A stretch of DNA of 64,000 nucleotides from a virus. The position numbers were made by a program, and so were the translations under genes. The notes below the pieces were generated by a model that saw only the letters and a list, made by a program, of their open reading frames with translations, ran no database searches and had not been told where the DNA came from. Where the stretch lies: the IMG/VR virus record IMGVR_UViG_3300045988_121463. One strand, given 5' to 3'. This document shows, one piece after another, positions 19,929 to 30,300 of the stretch (position 1 is its first letter; each line of letters starts with the position of its first letter).

Positions 19929-20287
19929 ACAGCAAAAGACGTAAGAAAATAGAGGATATTATTTCCAATTTGGAAAAGCATAAAACAGATCTTGAGTTTA
20001 TCAAATCAAAGCTGTCAGAGGTCAGGCATAATCTGGATTCAGCCAAGGATGATGTTGATATGATTTTAGACGAGGAGACAGAAGCAAGAGACAATACGCC
20101 GGAGTCGTTACAAGATACAGAAAGATATTATCAATCAGATGAGGCTGTAGCTAATATGGAGGCAGTTGTTGATGATATGGAAAGTATTGTAGGGGATTTA
20201 GAGAATGCGGTTTCAACCATTGATGATAAAATCGATGAGATAGAAACTGATATTATAGGAAATTTAGAGGCAGCCATAGGCGCATAA
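19925..20287 (+). CDS. strongly acidic coiled-coil protein
   Basis: 120 aa, about 37 D/E versus about 14 K/R; heptad-like repeats. Confidence 0.45.
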   Translation: MNSKRRKKIEDIISNLEKHKTDLEFIKSKLSEVRHNLDSAKDDVDMILDEETEARDNTPESLQDTERYYQSDEAVANMEAVVDDMESIVGDLENAVSTIDDKIDEIETDIIGNLEAAIGA

Positions 20288-20301
20288 TGTAAAAATATAA
20301 T

Positions 20302-20398
20302 CATAAAATATAACACAATATATTTGTATAGATATAATACGATACAAAAATATGTATCGTATTATATCTATACAAATATATTGTGTTATATTTTATGA
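20302..20398. repeat. about 95-bp near-perfect palindrome (about 45-bp arms, about 6-nt centre)
   Basis: Left arm CATAAAATATAACACAATATATTTGTATAGATATAATACGATACA is the reverse complement of the right arm TGTATCGTATTATATCTATACAAATATATTGTGTTATATTTTATG. TATATTTG occurs in the + sense at 20319-20326 and mirrored on the - strand at 20373-20380. Confidence 0.85.
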
Positions 20399-21129
20399 AA
20401 ACAAATGTTACAATGGTATCAAAAGACCGAGAATTATTTGGCGTAATAATTAAGCAGGACACTAAAACTTCGTTTATGTCCTTAACAGACCTTCAGGAAG
20501 CCTATACGAAGAAGAGGGTTGAGATGGGGTGGAATGAAAAGAGAATAGAGAATATCCTATCTAATAAGGAGAGTGCGGAACGTGTTTACTATATCCTTGA
20601 AAAACAAGGATATAAGATAGAATCAGGATTTCCTGGTTTTATACAATCTGTTGAAAAAGAGTCACTTATAAAAGTGATGAAAAAAATGGGAGCTTATAAG
20701 ACAATGGGTAGAGGAGAGAATAGGAGAACTATGTGTAATCCATATATATGGGTGCTTGTAGCTATGGAACTAAACCCTATGTTGTATGCTGAGGTTGTTA
20801 CGTGGTTAACAGATAAGCTTATCTTAAACCGAATAGAGGCAGGTGATAAATACAATGTCTTGTCAAGAGCTATATCAAGATTTCCGGATGCCGATTACTC
20901 CAAGATGGCTAAAGGCTTAAATTGGATTGTATTTAATGAGCATGAAAGCATGATAAGAAATAGGGCTACACAGGAGCAGTTGAAAGAACTTGAAACCCTA
21001 CAGTCTAATCTTGCATTCTGCATAGAGATGGGAACCATCTCTTCTTTCTCTAATTTAATGAACATGATGAGATCTATATATGTAAAGAAATGGGGAGAAG
21101 AGGCTGTAACTTCTAAAAACGTAAAATAA
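20395..21129 (+). CDS. possible KilA-N-type DNA-binding domain protein
   Basis: The N-terminus SFMSLTDLQEAYTKKRVEMGW resembles the KilA-N/APSES core. Start taken at the ATG inside the right palindrome arm. Confidence 0.35.
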   Translation: MKTNVTMVSKDRELFGVIIKQDTKTSFMSLTDLQEAYTKKRVEMGWNEKRIENILSNKESAERVYYILEKQGYKIESGFPGFIQSVEKESLIKVMKKMGAYKTMGRGENRRTMCNPYIWVLVAMELNPMLYAEVVTWLTDKLILNRIEAGDKYNVLSRAISRFPDADYSKMAKGLNWIVFNEHESMIRNRATQEQLKELETLQSNLAFCIEMGTISSFSNLMNMMRSIYVKKWGEEAVTSKNVK

Positions 21130-21130
21130 T

Positions 21131-21418
21131 ATGGGAGTAAAAGAAATAAGAGAACTACTTAGACTCTACAATCTCGAACATAGTGTCGTCCAGAACAAAA
21201 ACTCTGGGCGGTATTCTATTATTCTCCATAACAACATCATAGGAACGAACGTAGATGGAGAGAAGGTAGTTGTGTTCAGAACCATTCCGGATGGAAGCAA
21301 TACGTTCTCTATGGAGCGAAATAGATTCTATGAGGGGTTTGTAGAGGCTTTTGATGACGATAAGGCGATTGAAGCCGTAAGACAGTATTTTGAGAAAAAC
21401 AGAAATGATAGGGTATAA
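21131..21418 (+). CDS. hypothetical protein
   Basis: 95-aa ORF. Confidence 0.35.
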   Translation: MGVKEIRELLRLYNLEHSVVQNKNSGRYSIILHNNIIGTNVDGEKVVVFRTIPDGSNTFSMERNRFYEGFVEAFDDDKAIEAVRQYFEKNRNDRV

Positions 21419-21470
21419 GACGAAGATGGATTATATTACTATCGAAATGAGGTAAAACAACGATAAAGCA

Positions 21471-22028
21471 ATGGAAAAGATGGATGATAATACTAAAAAT
21501 ATCCTTTATCCAAAAGGATCTATTTTTCGCATATTAAAAGATGATATAATCAGTGCCGAATTTAAAATCGTCAAAGGAGCTATAGCGGAGGCAGTATCAG
21601 ACATAGAAGTAAATGATAAATATGCTGAGGTTTGTTGCAATGGGGAGACGTTCGTCATAGAAACGGATATTATGGATATTATTCTTACCAAAGACCCCAT
21701 AGAAAACAAATCGGTGAAAAATGACATCATTGATGATAAACTACGATGGGATTTGCTTCCAATGGAAGAGATTGAGGACATTGTAAAAGTCTATCATGCC
21801 GGAGCCAAAAAGTACGATCCTAACACTTGGCAGAACCTTGACAACGGATTTGAACGGTATCGAGCTGCAATGTTTCGACACCTGATGGAATACATGAAAG
21901 GAGAAAGAGTGGATTCCGATACAGGATGTTTTCATCTTGCACAATGTGCATGGAACTGCATAGCTATGCTGTGGTATGACAAGCATGGAAAAGGGTTGAT
22001 ACCATTAAATAAGGAGGAAAAGAAATGA
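21471..22028 (+). CDS. dATP/dGTP pyrophosphohydrolase-like (DUF5664-type) protein
   Basis: W.N ... R ... FRHL ... GERVDSDTG.FHLAQCAWN pattern, recalled from memory of the phage dATP/dGTP diphosphohydrolase N-terminal domain; not checked against a database. Confidence 0.4.
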   Translation: MEKMDDNTKNILYPKGSIFRILKDDIISAEFKIVKGAIAEAVSDIEVNDKYAEVCCNGETFVIETDIMDIILTKDPIENKSVKNDIIDDKLRWDLLPMEEIEDIVKVYHAGAKKYDPNTWQNLDNGFERYRAAMFRHLMEYMKGERVDSDTGCFHLAQCAWNCIAMLWYDKHGKGLIPLNKEEKK

Positions 22029-22333
22029 CAATAGAACAACTAAATTATTTATTAAGAAAAGAGCTTTATGCTATAAAAAAACATAAAGACAATATTGATA
22101 GAATCAAAAAAGAATATTTTGATTCCAATTATGGGTTAAAAGAAGGAGATAAGATCCGTATTTTACACGAAGCAGGAGATGAAATGATAGGCTTCTTGAA
22201 AAAAGTTGAAGTATGTGAAGACGGAGATCTGTACTTGACAATCCAAAAACAAAACGAAAAAGGTGACAGAGGCAGAGGAATATGGAATATGTATCTATCA
22301 TCAAAATCAATTAAAATTGAAAAATGTGTATAA
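22025..22333 (+). CDS. hypothetical protein
   Basis: 102-aa ORF. Confidence 0.35.
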   Translation: MTIEQLNYLLRKELYAIKKHKDNIDRIKKEYFDSNYGLKEGDKIRILHEAGDEMIGFLKKVEVCEDGDLYLTIQKQNEKGDRGRGIWNMYLSSKSIKIEKCV

Positions 22334-22337
22334 TGCC

Positions 22338-23516
22338 ATGAGAGTGTTAAGTTTATTTGACGGAACGTCATGTGGTCAAATAGCGTTAAAAGAAATAGGG
22401 ATCACACCTGAAGTATATTATGCGTCAGAAATAGATAAGTTCGCTATTAAACAAACGCAATTAAATTTTCCTAATACGATACAAGTAGGAGATGTGAGGG
22501 ATTTAAATGTAGAAGATCTTGGACGCATAGATCTTATTTTAGCCGGCAGCCCATGTACGGATATGTCTTTTTCTGGAAAAAGAAAAGGGTTGTCTACCGT
22601 AGAAGGAATAGAAGTCAAATCACTTAATGAGTATCTTGAATTAAAAAAACAAGGATTTGAGTTTGCCGGTCAGTCTTACTTGTTCTGGGAGTTTATTCGT
22701 ATTTTGAATGATGTAAGAAAAACTAATCCTGATGTGTTGTTTCTTCTTGAGAACGTTAAGATGGGAAAGAAATGGGAGCCGGTATTCGATGATGCTATAG
22801 GGTGTAAGGGCAATCATATTAATTCAGCACTTGTTTCAGCTCAAGTCAGGAAACGTATTTATTGGACTAATATTCAAGACGGCATTATTCCTCAACCTGA
22901 AGACGAAGGTTTGACCATAAGTGATATAGCTGAATATGAAGTAGATGAAAAATATTACTTATCTGAAAAAGTTTTAAACAATTTAGCTTTTCACTTAAAA
23001 AGAAATCACGACAAGGGAAATTGTTATGGAGCTAATATTAAAACAAAAGATGAAAAATCCAATACTGTTACCGTAAAGGGTAAATACATGTACGATCTTA
23101 TTTGTGTAGCAATGAGAGGCAGGAATCCAGAAAAACCTACATGTAGAGAATCTGGTCTTAAAACAGTTCAGATGATTGAATTTAAAAACGATGGAAAATC
23201 CAATTGTCTCACAACAGTTCAGAAAGATAATCTTATTTTTCAAATACCAAGAGGATTTAACAAAGGTGGATTTCATGAAGATAAGGCTCCAACATTATCT
23301 TGTAATTCATATGATAGAAACAATTTTATCATACAGAGAGCATTACATGGCGATTTCAGAATAAGAAGATTAACCCCTACAGAGTGCTCCAGGTTACAGA
23401 CTGTACCAAATTGGTATAAATGGGAATGCGGCGAAACCCAACAGTACAAGATGTTGGGAAACGGGTGGACTATTAAAGTTATTGAACATATACTTAAAAG
23501 AATAAAAGAATCATGA
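22338..23516 (+). CDS. dcm: DNA (cytosine-5)-methyltransferase
   Basis: Motif I LFDGTSCG, motif IV GSPCTDMS (PC), motif VI FLLENV, C-terminal target-recognition region. Start placed at ATG 22338 to avoid overlap. Confidence 0.85.
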   Translation: MRVLSLFDGTSCGQIALKEIGITPEVYYASEIDKFAIKQTQLNFPNTIQVGDVRDLNVEDLGRIDLILAGSPCTDMSFSGKRKGLSTVEGIEVKSLNEYLELKKQGFEFAGQSYLFWEFIRILNDVRKTNPDVLFLLENVKMGKKWEPVFDDAIGCKGNHINSALVSAQVRKRIYWTNIQDGIIPQPEDEGLTISDIAEYEVDEKYYLSEKVLNNLAFHLKRNHDKGNCYGANIKTKDEKSNTVTVKGKYMYDLICVAMRGRNPEKPTCRESGLKTVQMIEFKNDGKSNCLTTVQKDNLIFQIPRGFNKGGFHEDKAPTLSCNSYDRNNFIIQRALHGDFRIRRLTPTECSRLQTVPNWYKWECGETQQYKMLGNGWTIKVIEHILKRIKES

Positions 23517-24043
23517 TTAGAGCAAGATTTTACATTAAAAAATCCGACTGCGGTAACGACTACCGTCCAGTCAAATGGCCTATAAAATATCCATATTGGT
23601 GTAGTGCAGAATCCAGTAATTCATTTGTATTGGTGGCGTATGCTGAAGATGAAGACAGCATAAAAGAACTGTGGCCGGAGGCGTATGATATTAATGTCTT
23701 AGAGAAAGATACCGAAATTAGATTCACATTAAGATTTCCTAAACCAGAATGGTATGAATTGTACGAAAGGGAATTAGAAGAATGTGATAGGTTTATATGG
23801 ATTACAGATGCGTGCATGAGAGACGGTGTAATAAGAAAAGTAAAAGCTAAAATAGAAGAGTATGGTGGTCTTTTGTTAGCCGACATTCCTGATAGGATCA
23901 CTCCTTATGAAATAGGAAGGGATGCTTTTGAGAGCAAAGAAGAAGCTTTAAAACATGCAGAGAAACGGAGAACGTACCTGATCGAGTCTACTAAGAAACA
24001 ATTGAATGAACTTGAAAATCTAAAATTTAAATGCGATGATTAA
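23513..24043 (+). CDS. hypothetical protein
   Basis: 176-aa ORF, coupled. Confidence 0.4.
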   Translation: MIRARFYIKKSDCGNDYRPVKWPIKYPYWCSAESSNSFVLVAYAEDEDSIKELWPEAYDINVLEKDTEIRFTLRFPKPEWYELYERELEECDRFIWITDACMRDGVIRKVKAKIEEYGGLLLADIPDRITPYEIGRDAFESKEEALKHAEKRRTYLIESTKKQLNELENLKFKCDD

Positions 24044-24749
24044 CTACGCGGCAAAAGCCAGAAAAGCTTATTTGATAAACAATTTCGATAAGATTCTTAA
24101 CAGTCTCAACACGCTTCATTCAACGGTTGAAACCATGACGTTGTTCGTAAACGACCAGGCTTATAATTACATTCTTAAGCTAAAGGAAGTAATTAAAACC
24201 AGTCCTATGTATAAGCACAATATCAAGCGTCTTTTAAATGATATGGACAAAGAGATAAAGAGGTACAATGCTTCTATCTACTACATAAATAAAGAGCGTA
24301 GTGAGGTTATAGCTGATATAACACAAGCGATGGAAGATTGCCTCATGCCATACATAGACGACCTGGCCGGCGCTATAAGGGCAGCCGTGTGGTCGAAGGG
24401 TGTGTCCGAGGAGTGGACGGAAGCGGCGGTACTGTCCCTAATCGTATCCTCCTTGGCCACGACATCAGGCAGACTTATCTCAGGTGGATATCAGATCATG
24501 AAAGAAATGGGTGGGGGTCAAGGTGGTAATCCATTTACGTTTATGAGCATTGATAAGATAAGACACTTATCTACATCATTATCTGATGCTATTACCGGTG
24601 GGGAAATAGCTCTTGAGGAAAAAGAAGCCAATGACATAACTAAGGCAATGGATATTTTTATTGAGAAAATGTCTGATTCGGATATTGTTGATAAGGTGAT
24701 CAGCATACTTGAAGAGGCTGAATCTAAAAATAAGGAGGAGCGATCGTGA
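24036..24749 (+). CDS. hypothetical protein
   Basis: 237-aa ORF. Confidence 0.4.
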   Translation: MINYAAKARKAYLINNFDKILNSLNTLHSTVETMTLFVNDQAYNYILKLKEVIKTSPMYKHNIKRLLNDMDKEIKRYNASIYYINKERSEVIADITQAMEDCLMPYIDDLAGAIRAAVWSKGVSEEWTEAAVLSLIVSSLATTSGRLISGGYQIMKEMGGGQGGNPFTFMSIDKIRHLSTSLSDAITGGEIALEEKEANDITKAMDIFIEKMSDSDIVDKVISILEEAESKNKEERS

Positions 24750-24937
24750 ATTATTTGGATGGGTATGTAGAAGAAGTTCTTTCTGAGCCGTACTATGATG
24801 ATTATGGCTCTGGGGTTTTTAGGTGGTGGGTGAAAGTGTCTTACGTTTGTGAAGGCATAGGAGCTGTCACTACCTTAATGTTTGATACGAGAGAAGAAGC
24901 AGAGGCAGTAAAAATAGGTTATAAATTTTTATGTTGA
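24746..24937 (+). CDS. hypothetical small protein
   Basis: 63-aa ORF. Confidence 0.3.
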   Translation: MNYLDGYVEEVLSEPYYDDYGSGVFRWWVKVSYVCEGIGAVTTLMFDTREEAEAVKIGYKFLC

Positions 24938-24944
24938 AAATAAT

Positions 24945-25181
24945 ATGAGGTATTTTGTTTTATTGATGGCACTTGTGTTATCATCATGTTCGCATGATGA
25001 TAGTCAGGTTAATAACGGATGGGTTATATATGATTTACGTCCTTTACAGGGTGGACGTGTGATGTATTATGCTGAAGACGAAAGAATTTCAATATTTAAA
25101 CATAATAGAATCATAAAATTCGTTAGATACCAAGGGGAATACAATATCGGAGATTCTATTAAGATCGTGAAAGTAAAATAA
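24945..25181 (+). CDS. putative lipoprotein
   Basis: Signal peptide with lipobox: MRYFVLLMALVLSSC. Confidence 0.4.
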   Translation: MRYFVLLMALVLSSCSHDDSQVNNGWVIYDLRPLQGGRVMYYAEDERISIFKHNRIIKFVRYQGEYNIGDSIKIVKVK

Positions 25182-25182
25182 T

Positions 25183-25671
25183 ATGGAAAATAATTTAAAA
25201 CTCGTATGCCCAAAATGTGGCACCCCTCACCAGCCTCATTCTCCGCACACGATGGATGCAGATGGATTTGAAAGGTGTGAGATAAGAACTGTCATGGAAG
25301 ACAGGGGGTGGTGCTACGAATGCTCTTTTTGGCAAAATATGTACGACAAGCACAAAGACGATCCAGGATGGGTTAGGATAGACGGTGAAAGCTGGGTGCT
25401 TAAGCCTATGGTGGAAAACGCACCGAGCGGATGGAACAGCCTTGGATGTGGTGGAAGAAAGATGTATATCAATATCGAAGGGAAAGGCATTGTTGTATCA
25501 AATAACTGCTGGTGCCAAGGTGATGTTTCGGACGCATTCAAGGATCTTATGCCTGATAATGCTACTTGGGCTACGAAGGAGGAATTTGACAAAGCTCCTG
25601 TAGTAGGATATATTGTAGAAGGTATTGGTTTAGTTTTCACAGATAGGGAAGGTCATGAAGTTAATACTTAG
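25183..25671 (+). CDS. zinc-ribbon protein
   Basis: CPKCGTPH N-terminal ribbon and further Cys pairs. Confidence 0.4.
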   Translation: MENNLKLVCPKCGTPHQPHSPHTMDADGFERCEIRTVMEDRGWCYECSFWQNMYDKHKDDPGWVRIDGESWVLKPMVENAPSGWNSLGCGGRKMYINIEGKGIVVSNNCWCQGDVSDAFKDLMPDNATWATKEEFDKAPVVGYIVEGIGLVFTDREGHEVNT

Positions 25672-25913
25672 AAACTTGTTTCATATTCCTCTTAGAATAG
25701 TTGAAAGGAAATTAACTAATGGGGAAGTAGAATATTGATGCCAATATCAAAACATTTTTGGGAAATGGAAAAACAGGATAAAATACGATATGTTTGGCAT
25801 GTCGTGTTATGCTGTTTTTTATTCATTCGAAGATGCGTATGAATTTAATTATGGTAAGAACAAAGAAGAAAAGGTAAAGGTAGTGGATTCTTGTTACAAG
25901 AAAAGATGGTAAC

Positions 25914-25956
25914 TACAATAATCCCCGGCCATACAATAGGTGTACGGTTGGGGATT
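25914..25956. repeat. inverted repeat at the strand-switch point
   Basis: AATAATCCCC ... GGGGATTATT, 10-bp arms around a 23-nt spacer, in the convergent intergenic region. Confidence 0.5.
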
Positions 25957-26026
25957 ATTGTAATATATGATTAATAACCGTCTTATCTTATACTAATACA
26001 TTTTAGTACTATTTTTATATCTTTTA

Positions 26027-26476
26027 TTATAATTCTACATAGGTGTCAATAGGAACAAAGCTGCCAATTGTACTTATCTTATATATTGAATGAATAAGGT
26101 GAGTACTTGGACTTAATTTCAGTTGAGGTACTTGATTGGATCCTTCTGTAATAAAGAAATAATAAAAAACGTCTCCAATCGTAAACTGTAACATAATATC
26201 ACCTGTTACCGATCCTTCATTAAAGTAAGCCTGGATATATTGTCCAGAATTTGATATCGTACAATTTATAGGATTACCGCCCATCGTACATACCTTGCTA
26301 TTATTAATTTCATCTAAAACATAGGAAGCCGCCATAGTTGCTCCATTAGATCGGTATCTACAACCAAGAATAGGTACAGGATTTCGCCATGTGGTTGTAG
26401 GGGCCGAAATCGAACAAGCAAAAACAGGGATCTTGCCGCCAGCAACTGTATTAATATTTTCAAATCTTCTTCTCAT
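26027..26476 (-). CDS. MRRRF-family small protein (paralog A)
   Basis: Starts MRRRFENINTVAGG; the N-terminal motif is shared with two other ORFs. Confidence 0.45.
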   Translation of the reverse strand: MRRRFENINTVAGGKIPVFACSISAPTTTWRNPVPILGCRYRSNGATMAASYVLDEINNSKVCTMGGNPINCTISNSGQYIQAYFNEGSVTGDIMLQFTIGDVFYYFFITEGSNQVPQLKLSPSTHLIHSIYKISTIGSFVPIDTYVEL

Positions 26477-26480
26477 AATT

Positions 26481-27098
26481 TTATAAAATTAATTCAGTAA
26501 AAGGACGGACATAATGTGAACTACCCCTTGAACCTGTATCCAAATGATCTCCTTGGATGTTTATATCATAATACCACGAATAGGAAAATTTTTCATTTCG
26601 AGTGGATGTCCACATTCTATTACTCATTATCGTACCTCCTACCATTAAAAGGCATTCGTTTATTTCATTAGCATACAATGATATCAAAAAAAACTCTCCG
26701 GCGCCACCTACATATCCATTTTGACCATTTTTAAATAAATAGCTATTAGCTTTATTAAAAGCGTAATCTGTATTACTGGTATCATATTCAAGATACGCAT
26801 TCTGATTTTCACGCCCCCAATAATCCTTTTTAATAGTTCCCATATGAGAACTATCTTGTGCAAATATATTGTCTATTTCTCCATCCTTACCCCAACGAAA
26901 TGTGCCAATATATTCGGTGGCTATAACAAAACACACTTTATCTACAAGAGCTATTCCATTGCATAGATCATTGGAATATCCTTTATTAGACCAATTTTCT
27001 TTTGTATATAATCCTCCATCTACATGTTGGATGTATATGCCTTTATTGATTATAAGCGAGGGATTTACCCCCATCCCTATTTGAAATCTTCGTCTCAT
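26481..27098 (-). CDS. MRRRF-family protein with DUF1566-like C-terminus (paralog B)
   Basis: Start moved to the internal MRRRFQIGMG. C-terminus MWTSTRNE ... SHYVRPF resembles the DUF1566 YWSSTE ... VRxVR motif. Confidence 0.45.
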   Translation of the reverse strand: MRRRFQIGMGVNPSLIINKGIYIQHVDGGLYTKENWSNKGYSNDLCNGIALVDKVCFVIATEYIGTFRWGKDGEIDNIFAQDSSHMGTIKKDYWGRENQNAYLEYDTSNTDYAFNKANSYLFKNGQNGYVGGAGEFFLISLYANEINECLLMVGGTIMSNRMWTSTRNEKFSYSWYYDINIQGDHLDTGSRGSSHYVRPFTELIL

Positions 27099-27312
27099 GA
27101 TTTTTGTTTGCAAGATAGCAATAATTGACAACATAAAAGAAACCGGTTCCCTATCATCTCTGACTGAGAACCGGTAAGAAAACAATTTCAGAAAAAATTA
27201 AACCTACATAATCTTTCAAGTAAGAACAAAAAAACGTACAATCTACTCTTTGACGATGCTAATATAACATATTGGAATCATACAAAAACAATGCAAGTCC
27301 GATATTCTTCGT

Positions 27313-30300
27313 CTACTTGTAGCTAACATCATCGTCCCCTTCCGAATCAGGAGTAGCGCCGATGAAGAACATCATTGACTTGTTGTTCGTCTGCTGCCAC
27401 CAATTATAGGCGCGCGCTACGTCTTCCGGCGTCTTGATATTATACCATTGTTTGATAAACGTCTGTTTGGCGAGTTGCCTAAATAACTTAGACTCTCCCT
27501 TGTATGTACCGGATGTTACTTTATCAAGTGAATAATTCCTAAGATCGGTAAGATCCTTCAGTTTTCGCCCCATAACAAACGGATCGTTAATGATATCTAC
27601 CACGTTAAGCTCCATAATAAACGGCATCTGTGAAGCTATTTCGTTTATGGTTCTGAATCCGACATAGGATCCAAATTGAGTAAGCCAACTTTCTTCGTTT
27701 TCATCATCATCACGCCATCCGGCAAGAAGCATAGATACGGCCTGCATGATAAGGAACGTGCCGGCATAGACACTGAGACGTTTGAGATTGGTTTTTTCTA
27801 CCTCATTCATATTGTCTTTATTTTCATTCCAGGCATCTATGATGTTTTTCATACCAGACTCGGAAGCCAGGCTAAATGTTTTGGCTATCATATTCTTTAA
27901 CGTAATTGACAACCCTTCCTCTTCTTGCATTGTCTGGAAATTGAAGCCACGTCTTTTCCACAGACGTTGAGCCGACAGCACCAACCATCCTCGGTGGGCG
28001 GTCATGAACCTGGCTATCCAGTTGCGCGATGCGGCAGTTCGGTTTTCTTCATTCAAAGATCCGTTGCATATCTGCGACAAGCTACGAACTTGATTTCTGG
28101 TTATAGCCATCTGGGTTTCTACTTCCTCAACAGTAACACCCGATCCTGGCTTTACAACCACCTTCCCATCCACGACGTCTACCATACTCCATAAAGTACG
28201 ATCTTTTAATGCGTTCCATTCTCTTTTTATGGTACTCTGTTCTTTACCACGTTCTTTTTCCATCTTGAAATCTTGGAACGTGTAGAACCGGCCTTTGTAA
28301 TAACGAACATTGTCCATAGTAGCAATCATAACCTGCGGATCAAGAGGGTAGTTCAGGATTTCCATAAAAGCATACATAGGCGAACGCATTAAGGTCCTGG
28401 CCGCTCTATTGTATCCGGCACCATACATACGATTTCGGATATTGAATATCCCCATTCTCTCACCTATGACATATAATTTGCTTTTCCTATCTATGTCTCC
28501 GGTTTCTGCTATACAAGATGGAGCAAGGCGTGAAAATTCAGCCGATGCGTATTTAAGGGAGTCTTTGCTTATATACTGTCCTACGGCAGATTCCATGATG
28601 AGGTTGATATGACCTGTTAAGGCGCCGGTAGCTGCCACAAATGGAGACAGTGCCAAGTTCATGACCGACATAAACCTTTCAACAGCCATCATAATTCTTG
28701 TAAGGTCTACCGTATATCCTCCGATGTTCACCGTAAGTTTTTTGGTGTTCATCCTAATGCCATAATAATGATCGTTGAAGAAGTCCCTGAACATCTGATA
28801 TGCTTGGGTTGCTTCAGCCTTTTTACCACCTTCAAATTGTTTATTTAGTAACATCTGCTCCAGTCCTTGAGCGAGCTCTATAGACTTCTGCTTTTCGTTG
28901 TATAACGATGACTGCATCATAAGCATCGAATAAGAGTAGCCAAAATCGTGAGATACATCATCTTGGTTCTCCAATTCATATATGTAGTATTTAGGTATAG
29001 ACCTAAGCCTGTCTTCTGGATCATACACTTCTCCTTGCCTGGTCTTACCATATAGAGAATCGTCTACTCTGTCCAGGCACAGATCTGATACAAAATTACG
29101 AACCGTATTTTTGAAGTTAATACCCAATCCTTCTACACGTTCTATATCTTGTTTGGATATCTGTGGAATAGCATACAGGTTCGGGCTCTGCTCTTTGTAT
29201 AGATCAAGGGATTGTCTTTTTATTTCCTTGAGTTTTTGAATCATATTCCACTGCTCTACGTTTTTAGTAGCAACCTCATTACCGTCAGCATCATACTTGA
29301 TACCAAAGTCATTGAAATACGATTCGTCACGATACAGGCTTTTCTTAGGCATTCGATGACCATACCCATGATCTTTTACATAATCAGGATTACGACCGCT
29401 ATTTTCGGCTTCAGATTCAGCCACCCATGCCCTTGCAGGGTCGAAAGACAAGTACGATATGTCCATGCCATAATCTTGGGTGGATGTACCGTTTTGTACG
29501 TCCTTAACCATTTGCGCCACATCTATCTCACCTCGACCGATTTTGTCGATCATAGCTGCATATCCGGTAGGCGCCATGCGTTTATAGTACGAAAAAACCT
29601 GGCTTCTGGCAAATTCATTAACAATAGCATTAGCTTCTTCTACGCCCTCTTCTCTTGTATTATTTAAAAATAAGCTGGCCATCTTAGCATTAACAGCATT
29701 CCTGAAATCTCTACCGTCTAATTCTTTGCTTATACCAAGCTTTTCTGACAGGTAGTTGGTTTCAGATACGGTAAACAGATATCGGTTATCAGCAGCCTTA
29801 AACAGCTTATCCCTTAAAGCCTGAATCCTTTTTGCTTTCTTCGCCGTAGTATGACGTTGTACGAACTTCCATTCCACTTCCTTGGAGTCAGCAAGAGCAT
29901 TTAAATAAGACTGATTTACTTCGTTTTCAGCCTTACTGCTTTTAGTAAGGTACTTATCAATATCTTCAAGACCCACCATCTTAGCATAATCTATCAAAAT
30001 AGCGTAATCGGCTTCAATAGCTTCAGATGCGGCCCTAAAAGCATCTCTTTCAGATGAGGTAAATGTCGCTTCGTTAATCTCTCCGATATCAGCCACATCG
30101 CGATTGTTTCCGATTATTTCCTTGATAATAGCCTTATTTTTTTCTATATCTTTCACAATAGAATCCACGTCAGTCGCATCTCTATCACTTGTCGTAGAAC
30201 TAATGATATCATGCGCCATTTTAAGATACGAAGCCTTGTTATTTGATTCGGTACGTGCCGACTGTTCTGATTCTACATCATTCCAAAACCGATCGTTGAA

